DNA of 64,000 nucleotides from Mobula hypostoma (lineage: Eukaryota), in the NCBI RefSeq assembly GCF_963921235.1, contig NC_086097.1, positions 34,784,001 through 34,848,000 of the forward strand, read 5' to 3'. This document shows, in pieces, positions 25,283 to 38,069 of the stretch (the first letter of the stretch is position 1; each line of letters begins with the position of its first letter). Position numbers and translations under genes: made by a program. Below the pieces are notes generated by a model. The model was not told the DNA's origin. It ran no database searches and worked only from the letters and a program-made list of their open reading frames with translations.

Positions 25283-25378
25283 GAGTCCTGACGAAGGGTC
25301 TCGGCCTGAAACGTCGACTGCACCTCTTCCTACGGATGCTGCTTGGCCTGCTGCGTTCACCAGCAACTTTGATGTATG
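25283..25378 (+). mobile_element. Young 96-bp Penelope-like insertion with a 12-bp target-site duplication
   Basis: TTACCCAGATCT at 25271-25282 and 25379-25390. Removing the insert restores the L1 reading frame. Confidence 0.9.
25284..25319 (+). ncRNA. Minimal type-I hammerhead ribozyme motif (PLE-associated)
   Basis: AGTC-CTGACGA-AGGGTCTCGGCCT-GAAA-CG-TC-GACT: stem I AGTC/GACT, core CUGANGA and GAAA, short stem II, GUC cleavage triplet. Catalytic activity is untested. Confidence 0.7.
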
Positions 25379-26709
25379 TTACCCAGATCTCACTTTTTTA
25401 GATATCTACAGATTAGAAACTTCTTAATTACTGTTTCTCCTAATTTTCCACACCCATATCCAATGGACACTTTGGAAAAAATTTTAGATTTAAATCTCTT
25501 TCAGAAAAGTGTTGTAGCAATTATATATAATATAATTATGAATTTATGTCCCGATGTTTCCAATAAAATTAAAGCTGACTGGGAAGGTGAACTTAACATT
25601 ATTAAACCGATTGAAAAATGGGAAAAAAATTCTTCAATTGGTTAATTTATCCTCTATATGTGCTAAACATGTGTTGATACAGTTTAAAGTACTACACAGG
25701 GCTCATATGTCTAAAGATAAACTATCTCGTTATTATTCTTATATAAATCCTATATGTGATAGATGTCATTCCGAGATAGCTTCTTTAACTCACATGTTTT
25801 GGTCATGTCCTTTGTTGGAAAAATATTGGAAAGACATTTTTGACATTATTTCAATGGTTTTGAATATAGATTTACAACCTCATCCGATTACTGCTATCTT
25901 TGGATTACCAATGATAGATTCAAATTATCTAACCTCTTCAGCACGTAGGATGATTGCATTTCTTACTCTAATGGCTAGAAGATCCATTTTGCTGAATTGG
26001 AAAGAGATTAACCCTCCTACGGTATTTCATTGGTTTTCACAAACTATGGTATGTTTGAATTTGGAAAAAATTAGAAGTGCGGTTTATGACCCTTCCATTA
26101 CATTTGAAAAAAACTTGGAGGCCATTCATTCAGCATTTTCATTTGATGTAATTTGACCATTTCCAAACTTGTTTTATTTCTCTGTATTGTTGGTTGAGAG
26201 GAATGGAGTCGTCGACACTAAGGTTTTCTTCTTTCCCATTTTCAAGTTGTTAGTATTGCCCAAGTCTTTTAGTTTAGTTGACTAATTCTGTTTAGTTTAG
26301 TTTTTTTGGGGGATGGGGTTTGTGTTTTTTTTTCTTTTTCATGATTTTTCTTCAGTTTTTTTTGCTTTGTATTATTCACTATTATTCTGCACGATTGGGA
26401 GCTTTGTTAATTTTTACTATTTGGTTTTATAATTACTCATTTTAAATGTAACAATGTATCTCCTACTACTTGTATTTTTGCTTTGTTATGTTTTCATTCT
26501 ATGAAATTAATAAAAAGATTGAAAAGTTTTGTTATTCTGCGATGTAAATAATTCAACGTGTTTGTGATCTGTATAGCTCACCGCCTTACAAGGTAATGTC
26601 TTAATCTATATTGGAAAGTTCCTGTAATTTATCTTGGAATTCGCTACTGTGGTATATTTGTTTATTGCCTTGCTATTAGTTTAGTGTAAATGTATGGTAA
26701 AATAACATT

Positions 26710-28330
26710 TCAAAGTTCAAAATAAATAAGTCACCATAAAAACCCTGAGATTCATTTTCTTGCAGGCATATGTAGTAAATCCAAGAAACACAGAATCAGT
26801 GACAGACTGCACTCAACAGAACGGACAAACAACCAGTGTGCAAAAGACAACAAACTGTGGAAATACAAATAATAATAAGGAAATAAATAAATAAACAATA
26901 AATGCCGAGAACATGAATGAGTCCATAGGTTGTGGGAGTAGTTCAGATGATGGGGTGAGTGATGTTGAGTGAAGTTATCCCCGTGGGTTCAAGAGCCTGA
27001 TGGTTGAGGAGTAAGAGCTGTGTCTGAACCTGGTGTGTGTACCATCTTTCTGAAGGCAACAGCAAAAAGAGAGTATGGCTTGGATGGTGGGAGTCCTTGA
27101 TGATGGATGTTGCTTTCCTGTGATGACCGTCCACGTAGATGTGCTCAGTGGTGAGGAGGTCTTTATCCGTGATGGACTAAGCCATATCTACTACTTTTTG
27201 TAAGATTTCCCCTGTTTAAGGGCATTGGTGTTTCTGTGCCAGGCTGTGATGTAACTAGTCAATATACTCTCCATCACACATCTAGAGAAGTCTGTCAGTG
27301 TTTTAGATGTCATGCTGAATCTTTGCAAACTTCTAAGGAGGTAGAGGCGCTGCTGTGCTTTCTTTGTAATTGCATTGGTGTCATGGGTCGAGGGCAGACC
27401 TCCTGAAATTATAACACTGAGTATTTTTAAAGTTGCAGACACTCTCCACCTCTGATCCCCCGATGACGACTAGCTCATGGACCTCTGGTTTCCTCCTCCT
27501 GAAGTCATTAATTAGCTCCTTAGACTTGCTGACATTGAGTGAGAGGTTTTTGTGGCACCATTCAGTCAGATATGCAATCTCTTTCCCATATGCTAATTCG
27601 TCACCAGCTTTGATTCAGCCAATGACAGTGGTGGTGTCAGCAAACTTACATATGGTTTTGGAGCTGTGCTTAGTCTCATAGTCATAAGTGTAAAGCAAGT
27701 AGAGTGGGGGCTAAGCACACAACCTTATGCACCTGTGATGGTGGAGATTGTGGAGACGTTTTTCCCAATCCGAATTGACTGAGGTCTGCATGTGAGGAAA
27801 TTGAGGATCCAGTTGTATAAGAAGATATTGAAGCCAAGGTCTTGAAGCTCGTTGATTAGTTTAGAGGGAATGATAATGATTGCTGAGCTGTGAAATGCAT
27901 CTTCACTGTCCAGATGTCCTAGGGTTGAGTGAAGAGCCCATGAAATGGTATCTGCTGTTGACCTGTTGTGCCAGTAGGTGTATTGGGGTGGACTCAAGTC
28001 ACTTCTCAGGCAGGAGTTGGTATGTTTCATCACTTTCCTCTCAAAGCACTTCATCACAGTGGATGTAAGTGCAACCAGATGATAGTCATTGAAGTAGGTT
28101 AACTCATTCTTCTTAGGCACTTGTATAATTGAAGCCTTCTTTAAGCAGATGGGTACCTCAGACTGCCGAAGTGAGAGATTAGGGATATTGATGAATACTC
28201 CAGCCAGTTGATCAGCACAGGCCGTTAGTTCTCGGCCAGGTACCCTATCTGGGCTGGATGCTTTTGTTGGGTTCACCCTCCAGAAGGATGCTCTCATGTT
28301 GGCCTCAGAGACTGAAATCACAGGGTCATC
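26710..28330 (-). mobile_element. Rex1/Babar-type LINE, degenerate RT and 3' end
   Basis: ORF 27725-28321 (CADQLAGVF..NLSL.QSEVP...VALTSTVMKCFER) and ORF 27191-27442 (KKAQQRLYLLRSL). Confidence 0.9.
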
Positions 28331-28721
28331 TTTCTGTGGTAGTAGAGTTGATCTCTGCAGTTTGGAAGGTCTGGGATCTTAGTTGCTTTGTTAGAAAACG
28401 GTATGCGTTTTTATTTTACAAAGCCACATTATCTGCACGCATCAAGGAATGAGTTAGGAGAAAAAAAAGATTTCTGTTGATTTACTCACTTTTCATACTC
28501 ATCCCTAGAGAGTGAATTCTATTCTGTTTCACAAATTTTAGGATAATGAATGATAAATTCCATGAGGGTGAATTTTCATCACTCAAATGACTACAACATG
28601 GGTGGCTGGCGGGGGGGGGGGGGTCACCTGTACTCATTCATGTTATAGATATGAATAGATTTTGGTAGTCTATTGAATATTACTTTCCTCCCAAAATCAG
28701 TTTTTTATTTGTTCATGCCGT

Positions 28722-28724
<3 letters not shown>

Positions 28725-28766
<42 letters not shown>
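28725..28766. repeat. (TG)21 microsatellite
   Basis: Read directly from the sequence. Confidence 0.95.
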
Positions 28767-28767
<1 letters not shown>

Positions 28768-30339
28768 TGACAAAGTATTGTGAGTTTGATGATAGCTGAA
28801 TTGAATAGTTTGATTTTTGGTTTTCAAAAGAAATTGTGAATCCAGTCACTGATATGAATGGAATATTGCTGACAGACGCTATTGACAAACTAGGGACTAA
28901 GATATCACCCTGGTTCTGCATTGATTGGTTTAATTTCTGGCCATGAAAGCTGTCATTTTTGAGAATTTAAGTATATAACAAGCTTCATGAAAGAATTATA
29001 AATGCATCATTTCCTTCTGCATCTTTTCGCTTTATATTTTATAATTTGCTCATAATTGTAAGAATAATAGGATTGTGTTAGAAATTTTAATTTCGCTGTA
29101 TTGACTAGGGTTACCCAAAATTTTAAGGACCTAGACAAGGTGGAATTTGTGAAATGTGTCCAAGAAAATTTTTAAATTAATATAGATGACCCTACTTAGG
29201 AGAGTGAAATACTGGATCTGCTCTTGTAGCTGAAGTGGCAGTCAAGTAGAACTTTGGCTACAGTGACCATAATTGTATTAGCTTTAAGATAGTGGTGGAA
29301 AACAAAAGGACAGGTCCACAGACTAGGGTCCTAAACTGGAGCGTGTACTTATCAGGGCTGTTGTACTCCGTGTGATGTCCTGGGCCTCGATGCTAGTTTA
29401 AAATCTGTATAGCAGTCTAGTCCATATTTGGCCATTGAGCCATAGCTAGGCTGTTCCTGATAAGTTTTAAATTACTTATTGTTATACATCCAATTATTGA
29501 GCTTTGCAATCCATGTTTTGCAGTTTTTATTGATCTATATAAGAAGTTTGGTTTGCTGGCCATTCATGCCTGCCCTGTCATTTTCTGTCAAAGGCCTTAA
29601 CTCTGTTTCTGTGACACTCCTACATTACCCTCCATTTCCCCCATCTTGTTTTAAATATTATTTACCTACCTTCAGTAGTCTAGCGTGCATAACACCTGGG
29701 TGTAGAACTCCAGAAATTTACCCCGTCTGTGAGTTTAAAACAAAATCCAATGTTCCTCAGTTTTAAGTGATTACCCATTGCATCATGACTATATTTCCAT
29801 CTGAGACTCCTCCACTTGTGGAAATATCTTAAATCTACCTTGTCACAGCCCCTAGGATCTTGTACATTTCAATAAGATCACCCCTTGTTGTTGTAAACTC
29901 CAAAAAAAGTTAATGATTACTGAACCCAAAACATGATCATTTATCTTGGTTCTTTGTCTATGCAGCTGAAAACTGGGTATCAATCCATAAGATTTGGATG
30001 TCACTATGGTCTTGTAGTGGGTCACATCCTGGTCAGCAGGATGTGTGTTCTGGTACCATTCAGATTTTTAGCATTTAATCATGTTGACTGTGCTGAACTT
30101 TTACAAGCATCAGCTTTCTAGTGCATAATGCAACATCTACTGTTCACTCATCAGGATGTTTTTAATGCTCTTTGAGACAGAGCGGTGGAGTTCTTTGCAT
30201 TGGCTGTCATTTATTCTCTACCAGTGACAACTGAAAAATACGATTTTGCCATTTAATTGATGTTTGTAGGATCATGTTGTGTGCAATTGATTTTTACTTT
30301 CTTCAGTAACAGCAACCACACACTCTTAAATAATATTTT

Positions 30340-33300
30340 TTTTGAGTGGGCTGCAATCAGCGTGTGGTCAAAAAAAGAAGGGAGGTGTAAATGGAGCAGC
30401 CATTGTTGGAGTGTGGCAGTGTTAGAATGGTTTGACTTTGGCTCAACAGGCTTGGCAAGCAAAAGTAAGTAAGTTTTCAGTAATTTTTTTTCTGTTAGTA
30501 CATAGCTAGTGTGCTGAGAATGGGTCTACAGGTAAAGGTATGTTCTTTGTGTGAGATGTGGGAACTCAGAGATCTTCACTCTCACTGATAACTGCATCTC
30601 CTATAAGTGCATCCAGCTACAGCGCCTAAGAGACCATGTTAAGGAACTGGAATCTGTACCTCAATGAGCTTCGGCTCGTACGGGAAAATGAGATGATAGA
30701 TAGAAACTACAGGGAGGTAGTTACTCCTAAATTGCAGGAGGCAGTAAACTGGGTGACTGTCAAGAGAGAAATGGAATAGGTAACCAGCGCAGAGTATCCC
30801 TGTGGCTGTTCCTCATAGTAATAAGTATACTGCTTGGGGAACAACCTATCAAGGGCAAGCTGCAGCGACTGGGTGTCTGGCTCTGTGGCTAAGAAGAGTA
30901 GGAAGGAGAAGAGGAGTGCAGTAGTGATAGGTGATTCATAACTAGAGGAGCAGAAAGCAGATTTTTTTGATGTGAAAGAGAGACACCTGGATAGTATGTA
31001 GCCTCCCAGGTGCCAGGTCAGGGTTGTCTTGGATTGGAGCCACGGCTTTCTAAAAGCAGGACTTCCAGGGTAGTAATCTATGATTGTTGCCTGGGCTACA
31101 TGCCATTGAAGGTAAGAATAGGATGGTTTGACAGGTGAATGCGTGGCTGAAGAATTGGTGCAGAGGACTGGGTTTCAGATTTCTGGATCATTGGGATTTC
31201 TTCTTGGGAAGGTATGACCTCTTTTTGAAAAAAAAGGATGGGTTGCAATCAACTTGGTGGGGGGAGAGCATTATCTTTGCTGGCAGGTTTGCTACAGCTG
31301 TGGGGTAATGGTTTAAACTAATTTGGTGGGGGATTTGGAACTGGAGTGATAGGGTTGAGGATAGGGCAGTTGGAATACAATTCGATGCAGAGTGTAGTGA
31401 GCGTGAGGGAGGACAAGCAGATGGTAGGGCAAAATTGCAGTCAGTGGAATGAGTTAAAGTGCGGTAGGGGGCCAAAAACAAAAAGGGTGATGAATACAGA
31501 ACAAAAGGTGTTATATTTGAATGCACACAGTATCTGAAACAAGGTAGGTGATCTTGTATCACAGTTAGAGATTGGTAGATATGATGTTGCAGGCATCTGA
31601 GTTGTGGTTGAAAGATCATAGATGGGAGCTTAATACCCAAGGATACACATTGTATCGAAAGAACGGGCAGGTAGGAGAAGGGGATGGCAGGGGGCTCTAT
31701 TGCTAACAAATGAAATCAAATCCTTGGAAGAAGGTGACATAAGATTGGAAGATGTAGAATCCTTGTGGGTAGAGGTAAGAAACTGCAAGGGTAAAAAGAC
31801 CCTGATTGGAAGGGGACACTAGCAGGGATAATGGCAGAGCAGCAGTGGCTGGAATTTCTGGAAGCAATTTGGAAGGCACAGGAAATATACATCCCAAAGA
31901 TGAAGAAGTATTCTAAGTGAGAATGAGGTAACTGTGGATGACAAGGGAAGTCAAAGACTGCATAAAAGCTAAAGGGGGGTGTATGATAGAACAAAAATTA
32001 GTGGGAAGCTAGAAGAATGGGAAGCTTTTTAAAACCAACTAGGTAACTAAAATGCTATAAAGAGAGAAAATATGAAATGTGAAGGTAGGCTAGCCAGTAA
32101 TATAAAAGAGAATACAAAATTTATTTTTCCAAATATATAAAGAGTGAAAGAGATGAGAGTGGATTTCGGACCACTGGGAAATGATGCTGGAGAGGCAGTG
32201 ATAGGGTCAAAGAAATGGCGGATGAACTGAGTAAGTACTTTACATCAGTCTTCACCGTGGAAGACACAAATAGAATGCCAGAAATGCAAGATGTCAGGGC
32301 AGAATAAGTGGCATTACTGTTAATAAGGAGAAGGTGCTTGGGAAGCTGAGAAGTCTAAAGGTAGATAAGTCACCTGGACCAGGTGGTCAACATCCCAGTG
32401 TTCTGAAAGAGGTAGTGAAAAGATCGTGGAGGCATTAGTAATGATCTTTCAAGAATCACTAGATTCTGGAATGGTTCCTGAGGATTGGAAAAATGCAAAT
32501 GTCACTCAACTCTTTAAGAAGGGAGGAGGCAGAAGAAAGGAAATTTATAAACTAGTTAGGCAGACTGCAGTGGTTAGAAAGACATTAGAGTCTATTATTA
32601 AGGATGAGGTTTTGGGCTACTTGGAGGCACATGATAAAATAGGCCAAAGTCTACATGGTTTTCTAAAGGGGAAATCTTGCCTGACAGATCTGTTGGAATT
32701 CTTTGAGGTAACAGGCAGGATAGACAATGGAGAGTCAGTGGATGTTGTATATTTGGATTTTCAGAAGGCCTTTAACAAGGTGCCACCCATGAGGCTGCTT
32801 AACAAGATGAGATGCCATGGTATTTCTGGAAAGGTTGGCTGATAGAAGATTGGCTGACTGACAAGAGGCAAAGAGTGGGAATAAAGGGCACCTTTCCTCA
32901 TTGTCTGCTGGTGACTTGTGGTGTTCCACAGGGGTCTGTGTTGGGACCACTTCTTTTTACGTTATAGGTCACAGATTTTAATGAAGGCATTACTGGCTTT
33001 GTGGCCAAATTTGCAGATGATATGAAAATGAGTAGAGGGGAAGGTAAAGGAAAAAGTGTCTGCAAAAGGCAAATTGAGGGGTTGGGCAAGGAAGTGGCAG
33101 ATGTAATATAGTATAGGGAAGTGTATGGTCATGCATTTGGCGGAAGAAATAAAGGTATGGACTATTTTCTAAATGGGGAGAGAATTCAAAAATTAGAGAT
33201 GCAAAAGGACTTGGGAGTCCTTATGCAGGATTCCCTAAAGTTAACTTGTAGGTTGAGTTGGTGGTAAGGAAGGCAAATGCAGTGTTTGCATTCATTTTGA

Positions 33301-33897
33301 GAGGACGAGAATACAGTAGCAAGGATCAAATGCTGAGGCTTTATAAGGCAGTGGTCAAACCACACTTGAGCAGTTGTGAACAGTTTTGGGCCCCTTATCT
33401 AAGAAAAGATAGATATGTTGGCATTGGAGAGGGTCCAGAGAAGGTTCATGAGAATGGTCACTGGAAGGAATGGGTTTACATATGAGAAGTGTTTGATGGC
33501 TCTGGACCTGAACTTACTGGAGTTTAGAAGAGTGAGGGGAATCTCATTGAACCCTATTAAATATTGAAAGGCCTCAATAGTGTGAATGTGGAGAGTATAT
33601 TTTCTACAGTGGGGGAAGTCTAGGACCAGAGGGCACAGAACAGAGATGAGGAATAGTTTGTTTCTCAGAGGGTGGTGAATCTGTGAAATTCATTGCCACA
33701 GGTGGGTGTGCAGGTCATTAGGTATTTTTAAGGCAGAGTTTGATAGGTTCTTGATTAATCAGGGCATCAAAGGTTATGGGGACAATGCAGGAGAATGGGT
33801 TTGAGAGGGATAATAAATCAGCCATGATGGAATGGCGGAGCAGACTCCATGGGCCAGATGGCTTAATTATGCTTCAATGTCTTATGGTCTTGTAGTC
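30340..33897 (+). mobile_element. Near full-length but decayed CR1 LINE (ORF1, endonuclease start, internal deletion, RT, tail)
   Basis: Remnants of VVIGDS (esterase-like ORF1), YLNAHSI (APE start), ORF 32426-32842 (PEDWKNANVT.LFKKG...HGFLKGKSCLT...VVYLDFQKAF), VPQGSVLGP and KFADD. Tail gtcttatggtct. Confidence 0.9.
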
Positions 33898-34629
33898 TAA
33901 ATTGGGTCATATTCTCACCATCAAGACATAATGTAGATGAGGATTCTGTTATGAAATAAAGCAAAATTTGCTGGAAATGCATGGTAAGCCAAATGGCACT
34001 TGTTGAAAGAGAAATTGTTAATATATTTGGCCAATAACTTTTTACCAGTTCTGATGACAGTTCATTGTTTTCGTTTATGATCAGAAATATTCACAAACTG
34101 ATCAAGCAGTAGTAATTTGACATAATTGTTTTTAAAATTCCATATCCTTTTTCAATCAGGGCCAAATGAGTGGGATTATGTAGTGTAGACCGGTCATCCT
34201 AGATTCCTTGGTCTCTTGGTGGTGTATATGCATATTTGTTGCATGATCAGGAACTCACTGCTAAATTGAGTGTCAGAAAGGTGGCGAGATGCACTGGCAC
34301 CTGACCTTGAGCTAGTGTTTTCTATTTCACTTTATGTTTCCAATATCTGAAGTTTTTTTGATTACTCGTATGGAAAATAACACAAAGGATTCTGTATCTT
34401 CTAGAATCTGTATTGATAAAAAAGTCTGCTTTCTTTCTCTTCTGTGTATCTCCTGTGTAATGATATCACCTCAAACGATTTGTCGAAGTTTCCCCAATAA
34501 AATTATTTGGTAATTAGTAAAATGTTGACATCAGCACAAGGTTCAGAAACTAGAGTAGATCATTTAAGAATAAAATAGAAATAAGTGAAAAATAACCTTT
34601 TGGAGATTCTTACAAGGTGGTTGCAGCAA

Positions 34630-35230
34630 AGCATGTATGGGCCAAATCAAGGTGGTAGAGTCCGGGCCTGAGAGCTGGGAATGAGCCAATGTTTCGTAAT
34701 TGCTGACGCAGACTTGGAGGTAATTCGATGTGGCAGATGCTACAGTGTCGTGGCAAAAGCCCTGACCTGAGAGCGAGAGAAGATTTGAGATCTGATCAAT
34801 TTAAGTGCTGAGCCGAATTGGAAAGATTGAGTGTGGACCGAGTTGAGGTGGCAGGTCTCGGGCCCACAAGCTTATCGAAGCAGCAGGTCCCAAGTCCAAG
34901 ATGATTTAAGCACCGGGCTGGATTGAAAAGGACAGGGTTTGGGGGCAGGTGGCGAGAGACGGGCTGGTTCAGCTTGCTGCTCCATGAATCTGTGCTGAAC
35001 TGAGGCTGTGGCTGGCAACTAATGCACTTCTGTGGACTTAGTTTCAGGAACTTCAGTTCTGAATACTATTTATTTGCTTTTATTGTTTGCATGATTTTTT
35101 TTTTCTTTCTTTGCACATTGGCTGTTTGACAGTCTACTTTTTTTTAATGGGTTCTATTGGATTTCTTTATATTATGGCTGCCTATAATGAGACGAATCTC
35201 AAGTTTGTATACAGCATACGTACTTTGATA
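34630..35230 (+). mobile_element. LINE 3' UTR (Rex/L2-type) with internal degenerate repeats
   Basis: Ends in the aatctcaagtttgtat...tactttgat tail shared with 6640-6963. Confidence 0.6.
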
Positions 35231-35493
35231 CTGGCCGGTTGGTGGCGCAATGGCATCAGTGCCGGACTGCGGAGCGAAGACTCCCAAGTTCGAATCCCAG
35301 TCGGGCCACCCTCCGAGCACGCTTTCCATCCGTGCTGGGTTGAGCATCGAGCTAGCCACTCGGCCTCGTAAAAAAAAAGGGTTGAGACAGGAATGTTCAT
35401 ATCGTGACCCGGTTAATCCGAAAGGAGACCAATCCTGACACCACGCGCCAGACTAGAATGGCTGACTGTCTAGTGCGACATGCTAAGAAAAAA
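35231..35493 (+). mobile_element. Young tRNA-derived SINE with an 8-bp TSD
   Basis: A box TGGCGCAATGG (35243), B box GTTCGAATCC (35288), A-tail, and ACTTTGAT at 35222 and 35494. CpGs are retained. Confidence 0.85.
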
Positions 35494-36383
35494 ACTTTGA
35501 TCCTAAATATATCTTGAACTTTGAACCTTGAAGTGATTCAAAAACAACCCTGAGATCTGATATGATGATAAGATTAAGTGAATCACAAACCTGTTTTTGA
35601 ACCTACCTCTTCATTCCATCCTTGGGTGAGTCTATTATGAAAGTAATTTAACTTAGTTCATTCAACAGATTGAGGAAAATATGCCTATTATGTTATCTTC
35701 GATTAATCTTATGGCAATATTTGAAAGAAGATTACTTTTGTCATCACTAGAATAATGTGGTCTCAGCCTGTGATCGGTCTCCTCTGAGAGTCCCTTTTGA
35801 AATCTATGAGCAAAATACGGTTGCATCCTTGCAGTGCTATTAAAATTGTTAATAATTTTGGTTCTGTGGTTGAGCTTGCAAGGGTTTTTTAAAAGAATTT
35901 TTTTTACAGCAGCAGTGCAAGTGCTGTAACAAAATATTTGGAATAGGTCAAAGGCTTTCAATGTTAGTTATTGGTTTGCAGTTACATTGAATTATGAAGT
36001 AATTTGTGATTGATTACCATACGAGCCTGAGGGTAGAATTACTTTTAAAATATTTGGTGTCTGTTCACCCAAATTGCTTAATGTAATAAATGGCATTCCT
36101 ACTTTCCTGAGGCCTTTTGATAATTGTACAAGTTTCTGCACTGACCAAAGTTATTTCATAATTCCATTCTTGATTCACGTTTTTGGGACACAATCTTATT
36201 TGTTCAGGCTTAGATTTAACTACTTGTAGTAAAAGTGAGATGGCATGCAGAAATAGAGTTAAGAAGTTTTGATTTGACTTTAAGATAATTTTCACCAAAC
36301 TGCAATAATATAATTGCTGATATTTTTGAAGACATGTTTTACTTTTTATGGTAACTCAGTTTTCAAGATGGTTGTCCAATTGC

Positions 36384-36546
36384 AAACAAGAGAAAATCTG
36401 GAAAATACTGGAGGAACTCAGCAGGCCAGACAGCATCAATGGAAATGTGTAAACAGTTCACGTTTCAGGGTCTTGGCCCGAAACATCGACTGTTCACTCT
36501 TTTCCATGGGTCCTGCCTGGCCTGCTGAGTTCCTCCAGCATTTTGC
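36384..36546. mobile_element. Fold-back Penelope-like insertion
   Basis: Two inverted copies of the terminal repeat are joined at gtttcagggtcttggcccgaaac. Confidence 0.85.
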
Positions 36547-37277
36547 TGCATTATCAAGATGGTTGTCTTCATTGTTAAGGATTTGCCATCTCTACTTAGT
36601 GGAACTAAAAAGGTGTTGCATATTTAGTAGAATTTAAAGCAAAATGTTTGAATGCTTTTTATTGAGTCCAAATGGAGAGTCTCTACCCTCTATAGATGCT
36701 GCTTGACCTGTTTCTTTTTCCACTGGTTTCTCCAGCATTTTGTATGTTACTCCAGATTCTAGCATCTGTGGTCTCTTATTAAAATGTCTGTTCTGTTAAG
36801 AGCCCCATTTCATGTTTCTATATTTTATACTACTTTGTTTTTCAATTCTCTTTGTGTGAAATTGTTGCAGATTGTTAGGAAAATAGACTAACTGGAAAAT
36901 CAAGAATTGGTGGTGTGTAACTTGAATGTATTGGATACTTTTCCGGAGGATGTCTATGACCAGATTATATGTCAAATGACAAGTTTCACCAATGGCAAAT
37001 GAATTTTGACCTCTCAGTACTTCATTCCCTGTGGGATTTAAAAAAAAATTATTCCCAGGGTCTGAAGTTTTTTTTAGATCTGGATTCCTAGATAGTCCTA
37101 TTTGTTGAGTATTTAAATGCAGCCTGTTAGTTCATGATGCCATTTCATTCCTCTGCCTTTACCTAGCTGAAGAATTGAGGCTGTTTGTTGTAAACTGCAG
37201 AGGTGAAAATGTTTTGTTATGCAAATTAGTTCTCACATTAACTTTCTGCCCTAGTGACGGCTCATTACCCCGTTCTT

Positions 37278-38069
37278 TAGAAACATAGAAAACCTACAGC
37301 ACAATACAGGCCCTTCGGCCCACAAAGTTGTGCCGAACATTACCCTACCTTAGAAATTACTAGGCTTACCTATAGCCCTCTATTTTCCTAAGCTCCATGT
37401 ACCTATCCAAAAGTCTCTTAAAAGACCCTATCGTATCCGCCTCCACCAACGTCGCCGGCAGCCCATTCCACGCACTCACCACTCTCTGAGTAAAAAACTT
37501 ACCCCTGACATCTCCTCTGTACCTTCTCCCCAGCACCCTAAACCTGTGTCCTCTTGTGGCAACCATTTCAGCCCTGGGAAAAAGCCTCTGACTATCCACA
37601 CGATCAATGCCTCTCATCATCTTATACACCTCTATCAGGTCACCTCTCGTCCCCTGTCGCTCCAAGGAGAAAAGGCCAAGTTCACTTAACCTGTTTTCAT
37701 AAGGCATGCTCCCCAATGCAAGCAGCATCCTTGTAAATCTCCTCTGCACCCTTTCTATGGCTTCCACATCTATCCTGTAGTGAGGCGACCAGAACTGAGC
37801 ATAGTATTCCAAGTGGTGTCTGACCAGGGTCCTATATAGCTGCAACATTACCTCTGGGCTCCTAAATTCAATTCCACGATTAATGAAGGCCAGTACACCG
37901 TATGCCTTCTTAACCACAGAGTCAACCTGCGCAGCTACTTTGAGCGTCCTGTGGACTCGGACCCCAAGGTCCCTCTGATCCTCCACACTGCCAAGAGTCT
38001 TACCATTAATATTATATTCTGCCATCATATTTGACCTACCAAAATGAACCACCTCACACTTATCTGGGT
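37278..38069 (-). mobile_element. Young 5'-truncated CR1 LINE with an open ORF2 C-terminus
   Basis: Uninterrupted 228-aa ORF 37366-38052 (RDLGV..., LVRHHLEY.AQFWSP, RGDLIEVYK) and a tagaaacatagaaa tail. Confidence 0.95.

Larger units (their letters stand above)
25205..26525 (+). mobile_element. L1-clade LINE 3' fragment (ORF2 C-terminus, 3' UTR, poly(A) signal)
   Basis: KYNLPRSHFFRYLQIRNF, zinc-knuckle CDRCHSEIASLTHMFWSC (ORF 25554-26156), T-rich UTR and AATAAA at 26509. Confidence 0.9.

Noticed and set aside
25554..26156. The 200-aa ORF as a zinc-finger host gene
   Set aside because: It is an L1 ORF2 C-terminal fragment with frameshifts.
33950..34100. CTGATGA...GAAA near 34051-34088 as another hammerhead
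   Set aside because: It probably derives from an old PLE remnant, but the stems and cleavage triplet are not convincingly formed.
35231..35310. tRNA gene
   Set aside because: It continues into a SINE body with an A-tail and TSD, and has no T-run terminator after the tRNA-like part.
37366..38052. The 228-aa ORF as a host gene
   Set aside because: It is the C-terminus of CR1 ORF2 in a 5'-truncated copy.
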